A DNA stretch of 64,000 nucleotides from a bacterium (GCA_003252295.1 QKEV01000017.1:34931-98930), one strand, 5' to 3'. Shown: positions 31,344-41,265, numbered from the stretch's first letter. Made by a program: numbers and translations. Notes: a model not told the origin generated them from the letters alone.

Positions 31344-31370
31344 AAGAATTCTGAATATAGAGTTTAAAGA

Positions 31371-31542
31371 AACAAAAGGAGGGCAGAAACCCTCCTTTTG
31401 TTATTGATGTGCGGTCACCCAAAGGGCATAAGAACCCGCACAGAAACAAATGTTTCACCGACCCCCTTCTTGTTCGATTCTACATCCTCAAAGCAAGTAC
31501 ACACAAAGGGTGACCAGTAGGTCACCCTTTGTGTGTACTTGT
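31371..31542. repeat. tRNA-Gly(TCC)-attached fold-back element (degenerate)
   Basis: About 22-bp stem 31493-31542; inverted GTTCGATTC at 31472; AACAAAAGGAGGG hairpin plus ATGTGCGG remnant resembling the 55076 repeat. Confidence 0.55.
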
Positions 31543-31612
31543 GCGGGTAGGGGGAATCGAACTCCCGTCCTCTGCTTGGAAGGCAGATATTCTACCACTA
31601 AACTATACCCGC
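31542..31612 (-). tRNA. tRNA-Gly (TCC)
   Basis: GCGGGTATAGTTTAGTGGTAGAATATCTGCCTTCCAAGCAGAGGACGGGAGTTCGATTCCCCCTACCCGCA cloverleaf; CCA not encoded. Confidence 0.97.
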
Positions 31613-31737
31613 AATGCACACTATCCTAACAGAAAAATATATTTTTTGCACTACTTGTTACCCTGCCCATCGTTTGCTACTATCCAAACTAGGTTAAGTA
31701 CAATCACAGAGAAATCACATTTTACATGGGGGTTGCT

Positions 31738-32256
31738 ATGGGAAACTACAAGCCTACCGGTTTTGCGCAAGCTGCCTTATTTCAACACGGCAAATTTCAA
31801 CGAGAACTAATGATAGGAATGCATGTCACACCTGATCAGCATGTTGACTCAATTGAAGCATACCTTGCCTTACTTGATGAAGAAGGTATGCCTACCACAC
31901 GTATCACCAAGGGAGCCATTGATGCTCTCAAAAAAGGTGAGTATAGCGGAAACACAGACGACTTCATGGTTACCTTTATCACCCCTTACGACGCTCATAT
32001 ACGTGGTTTTGTTGATCGTACAAACTTTCCTGAAAAATGTGTGAACGATTTTAGAGTGCACCTGCTCACACCAGAAGAGTTTTTACAGATCTGCACTTTC
32101 CAGCCGTATGCAAATGCTGGTATGCAGGTATTTGTTCCACTCAGGAACGGTGTGATCATTACCGCCAGCAATGACTGGCAAACACAACACATCTCTGTCT
32201 TGGGAAGTGCGGTTCTACAACTTGGACCAAAAGCGCAGTTTATGTTCAAGATGTAA
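31738..32256 (+). CDS. Hypothetical orphan protein
   Basis: Open frame with GGGGG SD-like site; followed by hairpin CAGTCCCAGCT/AGCTGGGACTG. Confidence 0.6.
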   Translation: MGNYKPTGFAQAALFQHGKFQRELMIGMHVTPDQHVDSIEAYLALLDEEGMPTTRITKGAIDALKKGEYSGNTDDFMVTFITPYDAHIRGFVDRTNFPEKCVNDFRVHLLTPEEFLQICTFQPYANAGMQVFVPLRNGVIITASNDWQTQHISVLGSAVLQLGPKAQFMFKM

Positions 32257-32387
32257 ACTTTTCCAGTCCCAGCTTTCATGAGCTGGGACTGTTCCATGGT
32301 ATACGTAGTAACCTTTGCAAAATAGCTTTTTTGCTTTATAACAGAGCAAGGAAAGAATGGTTAAAAAAACAACCTTGAGGGGGACAT

Positions 32388-32768
32388 ATGGCAACTGACA
32401 GTACAAAAATGATGATACTGAATGAAGTGAGTAGCATACTGCGAAGATTTGATACTGAGAACAAACTACAAGCTATCTATTGTGAGAGATTGGGAGCAAA
32501 ACGCACTGTTTACCATGTTGAGAATCTATCACAGCAGATAGCCACAAGACTTCAGCAATTACACACCGGCACTGCTTTGTTTTTGTTTGAAGCGTCATCT
32601 TCATCTATTGATGTACTGCACGCTTCTGATGCATACGAAGAACAAATAATGCTCTCAAATCTTGCCAAGGAGTTTGGACTAGAAGACTTCATACTCATCG
32701 ACTTTGACGCAAGAGAGAGTCAACAGCAACTTGAAACAAGGATACGAAGTGCATTACAAGCAAGTTAA
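32388..32768 (+). CDS. Hypothetical orphan protein
   Basis: GAGGGG SD; downstream hairpin AACCCCGGCTC/GAGTCGGGGTT. Confidence 0.6.
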   Translation: MATDSTKMMILNEVSSILRRFDTENKLQAIYCERLGAKRTVYHVENLSQQIATRLQQLHTGTALFLFEASSSSIDVLHASDAYEEQIMLSNLAKEFGLEDFILIDFDARESQQQLETRIRSALQAS

Positions 32769-32819
32769 AAACCACAGTAAAAGGTAACCCCGGCTCGTGA
32801 GAGTCGGGGTTATGTATGT

Positions 32820-33011
32820 TTACCGCACGCTTGGTACGGGAATGGCAAGTGGTGTAGATGAGCTGATGCTCTCTTCGACCGAAACGAGTGCGGTCTGCGT
32901 AGTATCAAATGCAACAATGAGGGTGTCCTCAAAACTTGCAAAGACCTGTGCCATTAAACTTTGAAGAACTAGGATGCCAATCCCTAGTCCTATCGCGCGA
33001 TTTATCCTCAT
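32820..33011 (-). CDS. Small hypothetical membrane/secreted protein
   Basis: N-terminal hydrophobic helix; TTGACT-17-TATAAT promoter about 130 nt upstream. Confidence 0.55.
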   Translation of the reverse strand: MRINRAIGLGIGILVLQSLMAQVFASFEDTLIVAFDTTQTALVSVEESISSSTPLAIPVPSVR

Positions 33012-33261
33012 GATAGGAAAATGTTGCGAGAAGGCTGGATTGGCAAAAGAGCCAAAGATCCCTGGTAAATCACCTCCTCTGAGCTAACTGCAACCTTTGT
33101 TGCCACCAGTTCAAAAGAGACGATATGTTTTAGCTACTGCTGATTATACATTAGTTATTAAATAAAGTCAAGAATGAGTGTATCTACATTGGTATCCAGA
33201 TAACACAAACACCTGCCCGAACATATCGCTCTGACAGGTGTTATACGTTTATACATACCAC

Positions 33262-34239
33262 TTAACGAGAAATTTCCTTGCATGTTCGACTAAGCTTCTT
33301 GAAAAAATCTGGATCAACAGAGAGGTTAAAATTTCTCTTGAGTAGATTGTTGACATGCCCTGGTTCATTCCAACCCTCCGGAAGACATAGCATATCCAAC
33401 TTCTTCCAATGGATGATTGAAAATAGTGCTTCTTTTTCTGAACTGTCTATGTGCAGTGCCTTAAAGATATACCTTAAGCGGGCAAGGTCAGGTGACGCGT
33501 AATCCCAGTATGGGCTATACATATCAAGTAATAGTTTTTCAATGGGATGAAATCCATCCAAGGCACCTATGCAGTCATTTGCATACTCTACAAATACTGG
33601 TTCTGGAACTTCTACTACAATATCTGCGTCATTTCCGACCCCCATTTTTACAACACTGCCATACAGATATACCTTCAGCAGATGCTCAGGGTTTGCACAC
33701 TCGTACAACAATCTAACGTATTTATCTACCTGTCTCCCGTCCACTCTTCCTGTACACACACCATCACGGCATACATCTTCCCACAACTCACAGGGTTTCA
33801 CCTCATCAACACGAGCACAATCCACAGCAACCATTTCACCTTTCTCGACAGACTGCCAAGGAAATTCCCTCTTGAGCACCTGCTCTGAGTAGTATGATGG
33901 GAAATCTCGTGCATACTCAAGGTGCGTAACCAAAACCAACACATCACATGTATCAGCGTAGGTATTAACCATACCCAAAACTTCATCAAGGTCTTCAGGA
34001 TGATCTCTGTCAGACCATAAACGTTCACACTTTTCAAAAACTCCTTTCGTGAGTCCTGAAGCAAGAACATTAGCGCTTTGAGCTGCACGAACTGCAGAAG
34101 AACTCAAGATGCGTACCACACCTTCCCCTGCAATACGGGCAATCATTTTAACCAGATCCTTCATTTGGCAAACTCCGTACTCACTCAGATTCAAGTTTGA
34201 GTCATACTCGCCATGTCGTACAATAATCATTTTTTTCAT
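33262..34239 (-). CDS. Fusion: histidine phosphatase (SixA-like) + Pol-beta-type nucleotidyltransferase
   Basis: IIVRHGE, SSSAVRAAQSA, LVTH; C-half VYLYGSVVKMGVGNDADIVV (GS...DxD) and a later LDML. Confidence 0.75.
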   Translation of the reverse strand: MKKMIIVRHGEYDSNLNLSEYGVCQMKDLVKMIARIAGEGVVRILSSSAVRAAQSANVLASGLTKGVFEKCERLWSDRDHPEDLDEVLGMVNTYADTCDVLVLVTHLEYARDFPSYYSEQVLKREFPWQSVEKGEMVAVDCARVDEVKPCELWEDVCRDGVCTGRVDGRQVDKYVRLLYECANPEHLLKVYLYGSVVKMGVGNDADIVVEVPEPVFVEYANDCIGALDGFHPIEKLLLDMYSPYWDYASPDLARLRYIFKALHIDSSEKEALFSIIHWKKLDMLCLPEGWNEPGHVNNLLKRNFNLSVDPDFFKKLSRTCKEISR

Positions 34240-34418
34240 TTTGTTCTCCTCTAGAGCTGTAGTATGTTTTTGACCTATTTTCTGGCACTAAACTACAACA
34301 TGGTTGTATACATGTAAAGATATACCCTCCACTTCAAAGTGAACCTGATAAAATATATGTAAATAAACCGACTTACTGACAACAGGTAAGTCGGTTTTGT
34401 TATGCACAACTGTAAAAA

Positions 34419-35831
34419 CTACGCATTCATTTCTATGATTTCTTTCACCTTCTGTGGATCAGGATCAACTTCTATGTACTTCTGTGGCAGATCCTCAATA
34501 CCTACTAGTGACGCTGGTCGGGGTGCTTTTACACCGAGGTTTTTCTCAACATCAATGTCAAACTTACATGGCTGAGCTGTCACAGGAATGAGTATAGGAA
34601 CACCATCCTCTCTCTTTCTGTTAGCAGCACAAACCCCAACCGAGGTGTGCGGATCCAGCATGTAGTCATCTGACTTGTAAACATCTTGCATTGTCTGGAA
34701 ACACTCACCCTCGCTTACACGCTCTGACGAAAAACCCTCATCACGCATCGTTTGCAACAGGTCAGAAATATCGTACTCACCCTCATGTTTCAAATTGTCA
34801 TACAGAGTACGCACCCTTTCTGAATCACCATTTGTGAGTAGGTGCACGTACCGTTCAAAGTTCGACGCTCCTTGAATATCCATAGAAGGACTTGCAGTTA
34901 CTATCACTTCTTTACTCGGTCTGTATATCCCTGTCTGAGTAACACGGTGTAGCATATCATTACTGTTTGTCGCAGCGGTGATGTACCGTATTGGAGCACC
35001 CATCCTCTTTGCAATAATGCAGGAAATAGTATTACCAAAATTGCCCGCTCCTATCGCAACATCAACAAAATCACGTCTCACATCTTTTACAACATGAGTA
35101 GACGCATAGATGTAGTAGACAACTTGAGCTGCAACACGCGCCCAGTTAATAGAGTTTACAGCACCCAAGTTGTACTTTTGCTTGAACTCAGCATCACCAA
35201 ATATAGATTTCACAACAGCTTGTCCATCATCAAACGTACCATGTATGGCAATGTTAAACACCTGATCAGAAATAACACTGCACATTTGTGCTGCCTGTAG
35301 CGGACTTGTCCTCCCCAAGGGGTGAAGCATAAATATTTTTATACCCTTCCGTCCCAAAACACCATGAATAGCAGCAGAGCCAGTATCACCTGATGTTGCG
35401 CCAAGAATATTGAGCGATTTCCCACATAAGACATACTCGAAGAGCAAACCTAGCAACTGCAAAGCAACATCCTTGAATGATAGTGTCGGACCGTTTGAAA
35501 TTTCGAGTAGGTATCTATCTTTCGATAGTTCACGTATTGGCATTACAGCACTATTATTACCATCTATAGCATTTGTAAATACTCTTGGATTATATACCTC
35601 CTGAATCATTTTACGTATTGCACGTGTTGCAATCTCAGGCGCAAAAGCACGCAAAACACAGAAAGCAACATCCGCACAGTTCATCCGAGAAAAAGCTCGC
35701 AAATTTGCCTCAGAAAACACAGGAATCCTTGAAGGCATAAAAAGCCCTCCATCACTGGCAAGGCCAGTTAGCACAGTTCCTGAGAAATTAGTTTTGTCAG
35801 CAAAACCACGCGTTGATATGTAATTCATCAC
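34419..35831 (-). CDS. thrC: Threonine synthase (long form)
   Basis: YISTRG, GLASDGGLFMP, GPTLSFKD (PLP Lys), ATSGDTGSAA, NSINWAR, GNFGN. Confidence 0.93.
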   Translation of the reverse strand: MMNYISTRGFADKTNFSGTVLTGLASDGGLFMPSRIPVFSEANLRAFSRMNCADVAFCVLRAFAPEIATRAIRKMIQEVYNPRVFTNAIDGNNSAVMPIRELSKDRYLLEISNGPTLSFKDVALQLLGLLFEYVLCGKSLNILGATSGDTGSAAIHGVLGRKGIKIFMLHPLGRTSPLQAAQMCSVISDQVFNIAIHGTFDDGQAVVKSIFGDAEFKQKYNLGAVNSINWARVAAQVVYYIYASTHVVKDVRRDFVDVAIGAGNFGNTISCIIAKRMGAPIRYITAATNSNDMLHRVTQTGIYRPSKEVIVTASPSMDIQGASNFERYVHLLTNGDSERVRTLYDNLKHEGEYDISDLLQTMRDEGFSSERVSEGECFQTMQDVYKSDDYMLDPHTSVGVCAANRKREDGVPILIPVTAQPCKFDIDVEKNLGVKAPRPASLVGIEDLPQKYIEVDPDPQKVKEIIEMNA

Positions 35832-35982
35832 CAGTATTCCTCCTCTATTGAATGAAACAACAAGTTGTACTTATTTTCTGATAGACATACTACACAACAA
35901 AACACACCATAACAACCGTTTTCATATCTTATGCTTATCTATAAATCTCGCAGTGTCTTTGGAAAAAGAGTATTCTATACGA

Positions 35983-37110
35983 ATGGAACCACTTGCTAAC
36001 AAAGCACGACCACAAACACTCGATGAGTACGTTGGACAGACGCATCTCGTAGGTGAAAAGGGTCCTATTCGCGAGGCAATAGACAAGAAACACCTGTTTT
36101 CCTTTGTGCTTTGGGGACCTCCCGGTGTTGGCAAGACCACACTTGCTCGTATCTACGCAAACGCTCTCGATGCAAACCTTTTTGAGCTCTCTGCAGTAAG
36201 TGCCGGAAAAGCTGATATAAAAAAGCTTGCTGATGATCAACACTTCAACAATAAAGTACTCTTCCTGGACGAAATACATCGCTTCAACAAAGCACAGCAG
36301 GACTTCCTCTTACCACACGTTGAAAGCGGTAATCTCACCCTCATAGGCGCAACCACCGAAAACCCTAGCTTTGAAGTCATTCCTGCACTACTCTCACGAT
36401 GCAGGGTATATACTTTAAAAGAGCTTTCTGACGAAAATATCGTCGAAATTTTGAAAAGAACCAAAATAAAACTCTCAAAAAAGGCACTGGAATGGATAGT
36501 TAACCGTGCAAACGGTGACGCTCGACAAGCACTTGCCATACTCGACAATGCCTACAACCTGTACGGCAGTGTTACCGTTGAAAACCTCGAGAGTTCCCTA
36601 CAGGATAAGCGCCTTCGCTACGATAAGCATGCAGAAGAACATCACAACACCATAAGTGCCTATATAAAGAGCATGCGGGCAAGTGACCCGGATGCAGCAC
36701 TCTACTACCTCGCCAGAATGATAGCTGCGGGAGAGGATCCAAAGTACATAGCTCGAAGAATGGTCATTTTCGCGAGCGAGGACGTGGGACTTGCCCAACC
36801 AACAGCACTAGTTGTGGCAAACGAGGTATTTCGTGCAGTCGAGACGGTTGGCCTACCTGAATGCCGTATCAACCTTGCCCATGGCACCGTCTACCTAGCG
36901 CAAGCAAAAAAAGACCGCAGGGCTTATGATGGTATCAACTCAGCACTCCAAGATGTCGAAAATTTCGGCAATTTACCTGTACCAAAACACCTTAGGAATG
37001 CTCCCACAAAGCTTATGCAAGATGAAGGGTATGGAGAAGGGTACGAAATGTACCCAGAAAAAAAGGACGGTTTGCCAGAAAAACTTAAGCACCGTAGATA
37101 CCTTACATAA
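35983..37110 (+). CDS. rarA: Replication-associated recombination protein A (RarA/MgsA)
   Basis: [52 protein letters not shown]; start moved to ATG 35983. Confidence 0.96.
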   Translation: MEPLANKARPQTLDEYVGQTHLVGEKGPIREAIDKKHLFSFVLWGPPGVGKTTLARIYANALDANLFELSAVSAGKADIKKLADDQHFNNKVLFLDEIHRFNKAQQDFLLPHVESGNLTLIGATTENPSFEVIPALLSRCRVYTLKELSDENIVEILKRTKIKLSKKALEWIVNRANGDARQALAILDNAYNLYGSVTVENLESSLQDKRLRYDKHAEEHHNTISAYIKSMRASDPDAALYYLARMIAAGEDPKYIARRMVIFASEDVGLAQPTALVVANEVFRAVETVGLPECRINLAHGTVYLAQAKKDRRAYDGINSALQDVENFGNLPVPKHLRNAPTKLMQDEGYGEGYEMYPEKKDGLPEKLKHRRYLT

Positions 37111-37216
37111 TTGACAATTATCTCCTGTATTATATTGTTGAAAAAGTTACTGCTGTGGTTTAAGGGTAGCAAAACTACCCAGAAATAGATCAATAATCCT
37201 GTTAAGGAGGTATACT

Positions 37217-37417
37217 GTGAGATATACACTCGTAGATTCAAAATGTCCTGGTGGTTTGTGTGTTAATTGCCGTATACCTATTATACTGAAGGGCAAACAC
37301 GCTGATACTCCCGTCAGAACTGAAGATGGAAAATGGGGCTGCACACAGCACTGTGCAACTGTCCACAATATTAAACACTGCGGTACCCCAGACCACGTAA
37401 AGGGGAAAGCACGATGA
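37217..37417 (+). CDS. Small Cys/His-rich protein (possible Zn-binding)
   Basis: AAGGAGG SD, TTGACA-17-TATATT promoter at 37111; CxxxxCxxC...CxxHC...HC. Confidence 0.55.
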   Translation: MRYTLVDSKCPGGLCVNCRIPIILKGKHADTPVRTEDGKWGCTQHCATVHNIKHCGTPDHVKGKAR

Positions 37418-37551
37418 GTTTTCAACTCTCTTTTCTCCACAAGCGCTACCTCCCCAAGGTGGCGCTTACTAGCTACATGTATTGACATATGCACCTCCTC
37501 ATATATTCTCCCCATAGGAAAACAAACTGACACTCAGACAAGGAGAACACC

Positions 37552-37887
37552 ATGGCATGGAAAAAAGGAACCGTAATACAGGATGATGCTGTTTTTTGGA
37601 CAATCTACGAAGGTGTGAACAGGTTAAGGAGAGTTGGTAACGTTGGTGGAAGATGGTACTACCTCCTCTTCACCACGGAGGGACGTGCTAGAAAATACTA
37701 TGATGCCAAGCCAAAAACCTTTTGCTCATTCAAGCAAAAGGTTGTTGATGCAATATCTTGGAAAGATTTACTTGCACTTACAAGTGCAGAAAGATTTCCT
37801 GATCAGGTTGCTGTTGTAAACCTCAAGCCTGAGGATGACAGTATCGAACCAAAAAATGTTGTTCGCCTTGAGTGTAAGCAGCTCTAA
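37552..37887 (+). CDS. Hypothetical orphan protein
   Basis: TTGACA...TATTCT promoter-like site, AAGGAG SD, terminator TAAGCCCGTGT/ACACGGGCTTA. Confidence 0.6.
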   Translation: MAWKKGTVIQDDAVFWTIYEGVNRLRRVGNVGGRWYYLLFTTEGRARKYYDAKPKTFCSFKQKVVDAISWKDLLALTSAERFPDQVAVVNLKPEDDSIEPKNVVRLECKQL

Positions 37888-37925
37888 CTCTCTTAAGCCC
37901 GTGTTTACACGGGCTTACCTTGTAT

Positions 37926-37954
37926 TTGACACAGTATCTACATGGGTTTACTAT
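37926..37954 (+). promoter_or_regulatory. Sigma70 promoter of the attenuator leader
   Basis: TTGACA-17 nt-TACTAT. Confidence 0.75.
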
Positions 37955-37964
37955 TTACCTACAT

Positions 37965-38042
37965 ATGAATTTCAGCGCAACGTTTTATTTTTGGTATCAG
38001 CTTTCCCGAAGAAGGTTGATTTTTGCGTTGGCTCGAAACTAA
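37965..38042 (+). CDS. Putative attenuator leader peptide MNFSATFYFWYQLSRRRLIFALARN
   Basis: 25-codon ORF just after the promoter, FYFWY run, overlapping alternative hairpins. Confidence 0.6.
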   Translation: MNFSATFYFWYQLSRRRLIFALARN

Positions 38043-38067
38043 GAGAAACAGGACTCCAACTCAGACA

Positions 38068-38095
38068 CCAGCTTTCTTCACAAGCTGGATTTTTT
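38068..38095 (+). terminator. Attenuator terminator (3:4 hairpin)
   Basis: CCAGCTT-TCTTCAC-AAGCTGG-ATTTTTT upstream of the 38148 gene. Confidence 0.7.
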
Positions 38096-38147
38096 GTTCT
38101 TTAGAGGAAGTTCTTTCACATAACCAATACTTGAAGAGGTGAAAACA

Positions 38148-39404
38148 ATGCCTAAAATTCTGTCTATTAAAGCAGAATACGACGTAACAGTAGCCGACCT
38201 TATCAGTCTGCATAGAAGCGGGTATTCAGTGTTCCGTACATCACATGCTGGAAACTGGAGCTCATACAAGCTGCTTTTATCACAACTTGGCCTTCCTGAC
38301 TGTGTTTGGGATGTCACATGCATGCATGAGGACATCAAAAATCAACCACAAAAACAGTTTCTCGCAGGAGACACTATGTCTCTCCTCGATGAACCACCAG
38401 AAAAACCGATAAACGGTGAAAAACATCTCAGTTTATACCAACGATGCTGTAATGGCACTCACACTCTCTCTTCGTATCATCTTGAGCCACTAAAAAAACT
38501 CTACGGTAACGTAGTGTGTACACAGTCCGAGCTCCTGCTTGAAGAAGAAGAAAGATTAAAAAGAGTTTTCGCAGTGGTACAAAAATATGCACCAGAAATG
38601 ATCGGTAGATACATTCTACCCTGCGGTTGTATGGTAAACCTCAACCAAGTCTCACAAGATACGTATAAAGCTAGATGCAAACACCACACCGCTACTGTAC
38701 AAAAAGATGATCTTGCGGCTTCAGCAATCAGCACTTTGCACGAACTCAGGATACTTGCACTCAACCCAAAAGGGTACATACCCAAAGGCGGCGCTCTGTA
38801 CTCTTTCAACCTTGTAGTTGCAAGCTTTCTACTCTGGTCATTCTGGAAGTTTGGTGATAAACCGATCTATATGCTTTCAGGACCAGACATGATTGGGTAT
38901 GCCACAAAGGAAAGCTTTATCCGCAGTGTAGAGAATGTACTTACCCTCGTTGCTCAACATAGTCCTGACCTGATTCCAAGCAATGTCGATCTACGTGTCG
39001 TTCCAGCAACACTCTTTTGTTTCGGCTACCCAAGCGGGGATACTGCCGCAGAACAGGTGATGAAGGTTCATGATGAGATTATCAACCTTCAAAACATACT
39101 GTTTGCAAGCGGACGTGTTGATCCAAAAAAACCCAGTATGCTGCCTAAAAGGGCACTGCTCAAGGCAAATGATAAGATTGAAGAGCTTGCAAAAATGCTA
39201 CAAATGAGCGGCGTTACCTGGAACATTTTCATCAATCCTGCTAAGGATGTGTTCTTCTCTCAGCATGACCTCGAACACACCGGTAGAAGGATGACTGTGG
39301 ATGAAAAGTACCTCAACATGCCTTTTCGTTACATTGAGAAAACATTGACATCACTTCAGAAAGTAGAACAACTGCTCATTTCGCAGTTTTGTTCAAAAAA
39401 CTAG
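38148..39404 (+). CDS. Unknown enzyme, possibly HUP/class-I-ligase-like
   Basis: GAGGTG SD; early beta-strand followed by RTSHAGN; YMLSGPDMIGY; CGC...CKHH possible metal site. Family not recognised. Confidence 0.65.
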   Translation: MPKILSIKAEYDVTVADLISLHRSGYSVFRTSHAGNWSSYKLLLSQLGLPDCVWDVTCMHEDIKNQPQKQFLAGDTMSLLDEPPEKPINGEKHLSLYQRCCNGTHTLSSYHLEPLKKLYGNVVCTQSELLLEEEERLKRVFAVVQKYAPEMIGRYILPCGCMVNLNQVSQDTYKARCKHHTATVQKDDLAASAISTLHELRILALNPKGYIPKGGALYSFNLVVASFLLWSFWKFGDKPIYMLSGPDMIGYATKESFIRSVENVLTLVAQHSPDLIPSNVDLRVVPATLFCFGYPSGDTAAEQVMKVHDEIINLQNILFASGRVDPKKPSMLPKRALLKANDKIEELAKMLQMSGVTWNIFINPAKDVFFSQHDLEHTGRRMTVDEKYLNMPFRYIEKTLTSLQKVEQLLISQFCSKN

Positions 39405-39458
39405 TGTACATGCTACACTGAAGGGGGCACATACCATGTAGCCCCCTTTCATTTTTTT

Positions 39459-40397
39459 ATGACACCGATAATAGACCTACATCAAGATCTTCTGCTCTAC
39501 GTTACACGTCCTGAACTATACAATGACACAGAACAGACAAACTTTGAGAAAATAAAAGAAAACAACCTTAAAGTGGTAACTGCTTCGGCTTTTCCTGTAC
39601 CACAAAACGAGGATTTTCTTCACGCATCTCTTCCACTCTTCATTGAAGAAGACCTAAAAGTATACATTAGTTATGTAAGAGAACACCCTGAATGGAAGAT
39701 CATTACAAATACTGATGAACTAGAAAAAACATTACAAGAAAAGGGCACTTTTGGACTTATCCTACACATAGAAGGATTAAATGTATTTGATACAGAAACC
39801 GGATGGGAAACGCTGCAACGTTGGTACGATATGGGTCTCCGCTCTATTGGTCCTGTGTGGAACGTAAAAAACCCTTTCGGTGGCGGAACAAAAGAGCTTG
39901 AGCTGGGCCTTACACCACTTGGTACAGAACTTATAGAGTGGTGCGAGAAAAAAGGACTCCTCTTTGACTGTGCACACATGAACGAAAAAACGTTTTGGGA
40001 TACAGCAAAAACCAGCAGACGTCCACTACTCGTAAGTCATGGAAATGCATCACATATTTGCCCTTCTCCACGCAACTATACAGATGAGCAACTCAAGGCT
40101 ATAGGAAAAAGTGGTGGTGTTATAGGAATATTCCTTTCGAAAAAGTTCATTACAGACAAAACAGAAGCGACTCTTGAGGACATTACTGCCCACATACTAC
40201 ATATTAAAGATGTAGCAGGAGAAGACGCTGTTGCCTTGGGCACTGATTTTGGCGGTATTCTCTCTGGATTTGTTGAAGGCATGGAAACAGTAGACGCTTT
40301 ACCAAATTTCCTCAAACAATTTAAAGTATCGTTTCGTGAAAAACTTGCATACAAAAATGCCCTCAGGATACAACACTCACACGTCTCATCTTCATAA
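39459..40397 (+). CDS. Membrane dipeptidase (peptidase M19)
   Basis: IIDLHQD, ILHIEG, GLTPLG, DCAH, VSHGN, GTDFGG. Confidence 0.9.
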   Translation: MTPIIDLHQDLLLYVTRPELYNDTEQTNFEKIKENNLKVVTASAFPVPQNEDFLHASLPLFIEEDLKVYISYVREHPEWKIITNTDELEKTLQEKGTFGLILHIEGLNVFDTETGWETLQRWYDMGLRSIGPVWNVKNPFGGGTKELELGLTPLGTELIEWCEKKGLLFDCAHMNEKTFWDTAKTSRRPLLVSHGNASHICPSPRNYTDEQLKAIGKSGGVIGIFLSKKFITDKTEATLEDITAHILHIKDVAGEDAVALGTDFGGILSGFVEGMETVDALPNFLKQFKVSFREKLAYKNALRIQHSHVSSS

Positions 40398-40449
40398 CAC
40401 AAAACCCGCCTAGTGGGCGGGTTTTGTTTTGTATCGTAAAAACTAAGAT

Positions 40450-40722
40450 TTATCGAACTGCATCCTTTAGACCCTTTGCTGCGCGGAACTTTGGTACGCG
40501 CATAGCCTCGATCTGAATGGTCTCTCCTGTGCGAGGGTTACGTCCCTGTCGTGCTGGACGCATCTTTGTTGAAAAGATACCAAGTCCTGCGATTGACACC
40601 TCATCACCTGCTCGAAGAGCATCAACGATAGAGTCGATAGTGGTCTCAACTGCACGCTCAGCGTCAGCTTTTGTACCACCAAGTACACCGTGTACCTTCT
40701 CAATGATTTCTGCTTTATTCAT
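40450..40722 (-). CDS. hup: DNA-binding protein HU
   Basis: MNKAE, GLGIF, ARQGRNPRTGE, VPKFRAAKGLKDAV. Confidence 0.96.
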   Translation of the reverse strand: MNKAEIIEKVHGVLGGTKADAERAVETTIDSIVDALRAGDEVSIAGLGIFSTKMRPARQGRNPRTGETIQIEAMRVPKFRAAKGLKDAVR

Positions 40723-41265
40723 AAAATGCAAAATTACTTTTCCTTGTAATGACCACGTGACAGTGGACCTGAAAAAAGTATACAGTACGCCATTATTCCC
40801 GCAATGGACTCAAATAATAACTTACCATTTATACACATGGACACTTTTGCAACGAAAAAGTATGTATTTATAAAAAAATACAATGCTAATGAAAAATACG
40901 GCTTAAAAAAAAGATATATTACATACTATCGACGTCGATACTTAAACAGCAGGGCAGTACTCATATAGTATGTATTTAAAATGGCTACGTTGTGCCATTT
41001 TTTAAACATTACGATGCACAGTACGATGTTTTTTTATACGTAAACTAAAATGTATGTAAAAAATGCTACAGAAAAATATGTAGTACTATTTTTTTATGTT
41101 TTCAGCACGTAAAAACATTGAGTATACGTAGCCATAATGAAGTTCATGTAATATGTGTGTAAAAAAATACTAGACCAGTAAAATATAGCTCTGGCAAGAG
41201 CTACCCGCTCTATTTTTATGAAAAACAAAAAGCCTCACTAAGAGGCTTTTTGTTTTTCATGTTTA

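Noticed and set aside
40740-41260. 520-bp AT-rich gap between hup and rny as oriC or ncRNA
   Set aside because: Only one DnaA-like box and no convincing structure or ORF
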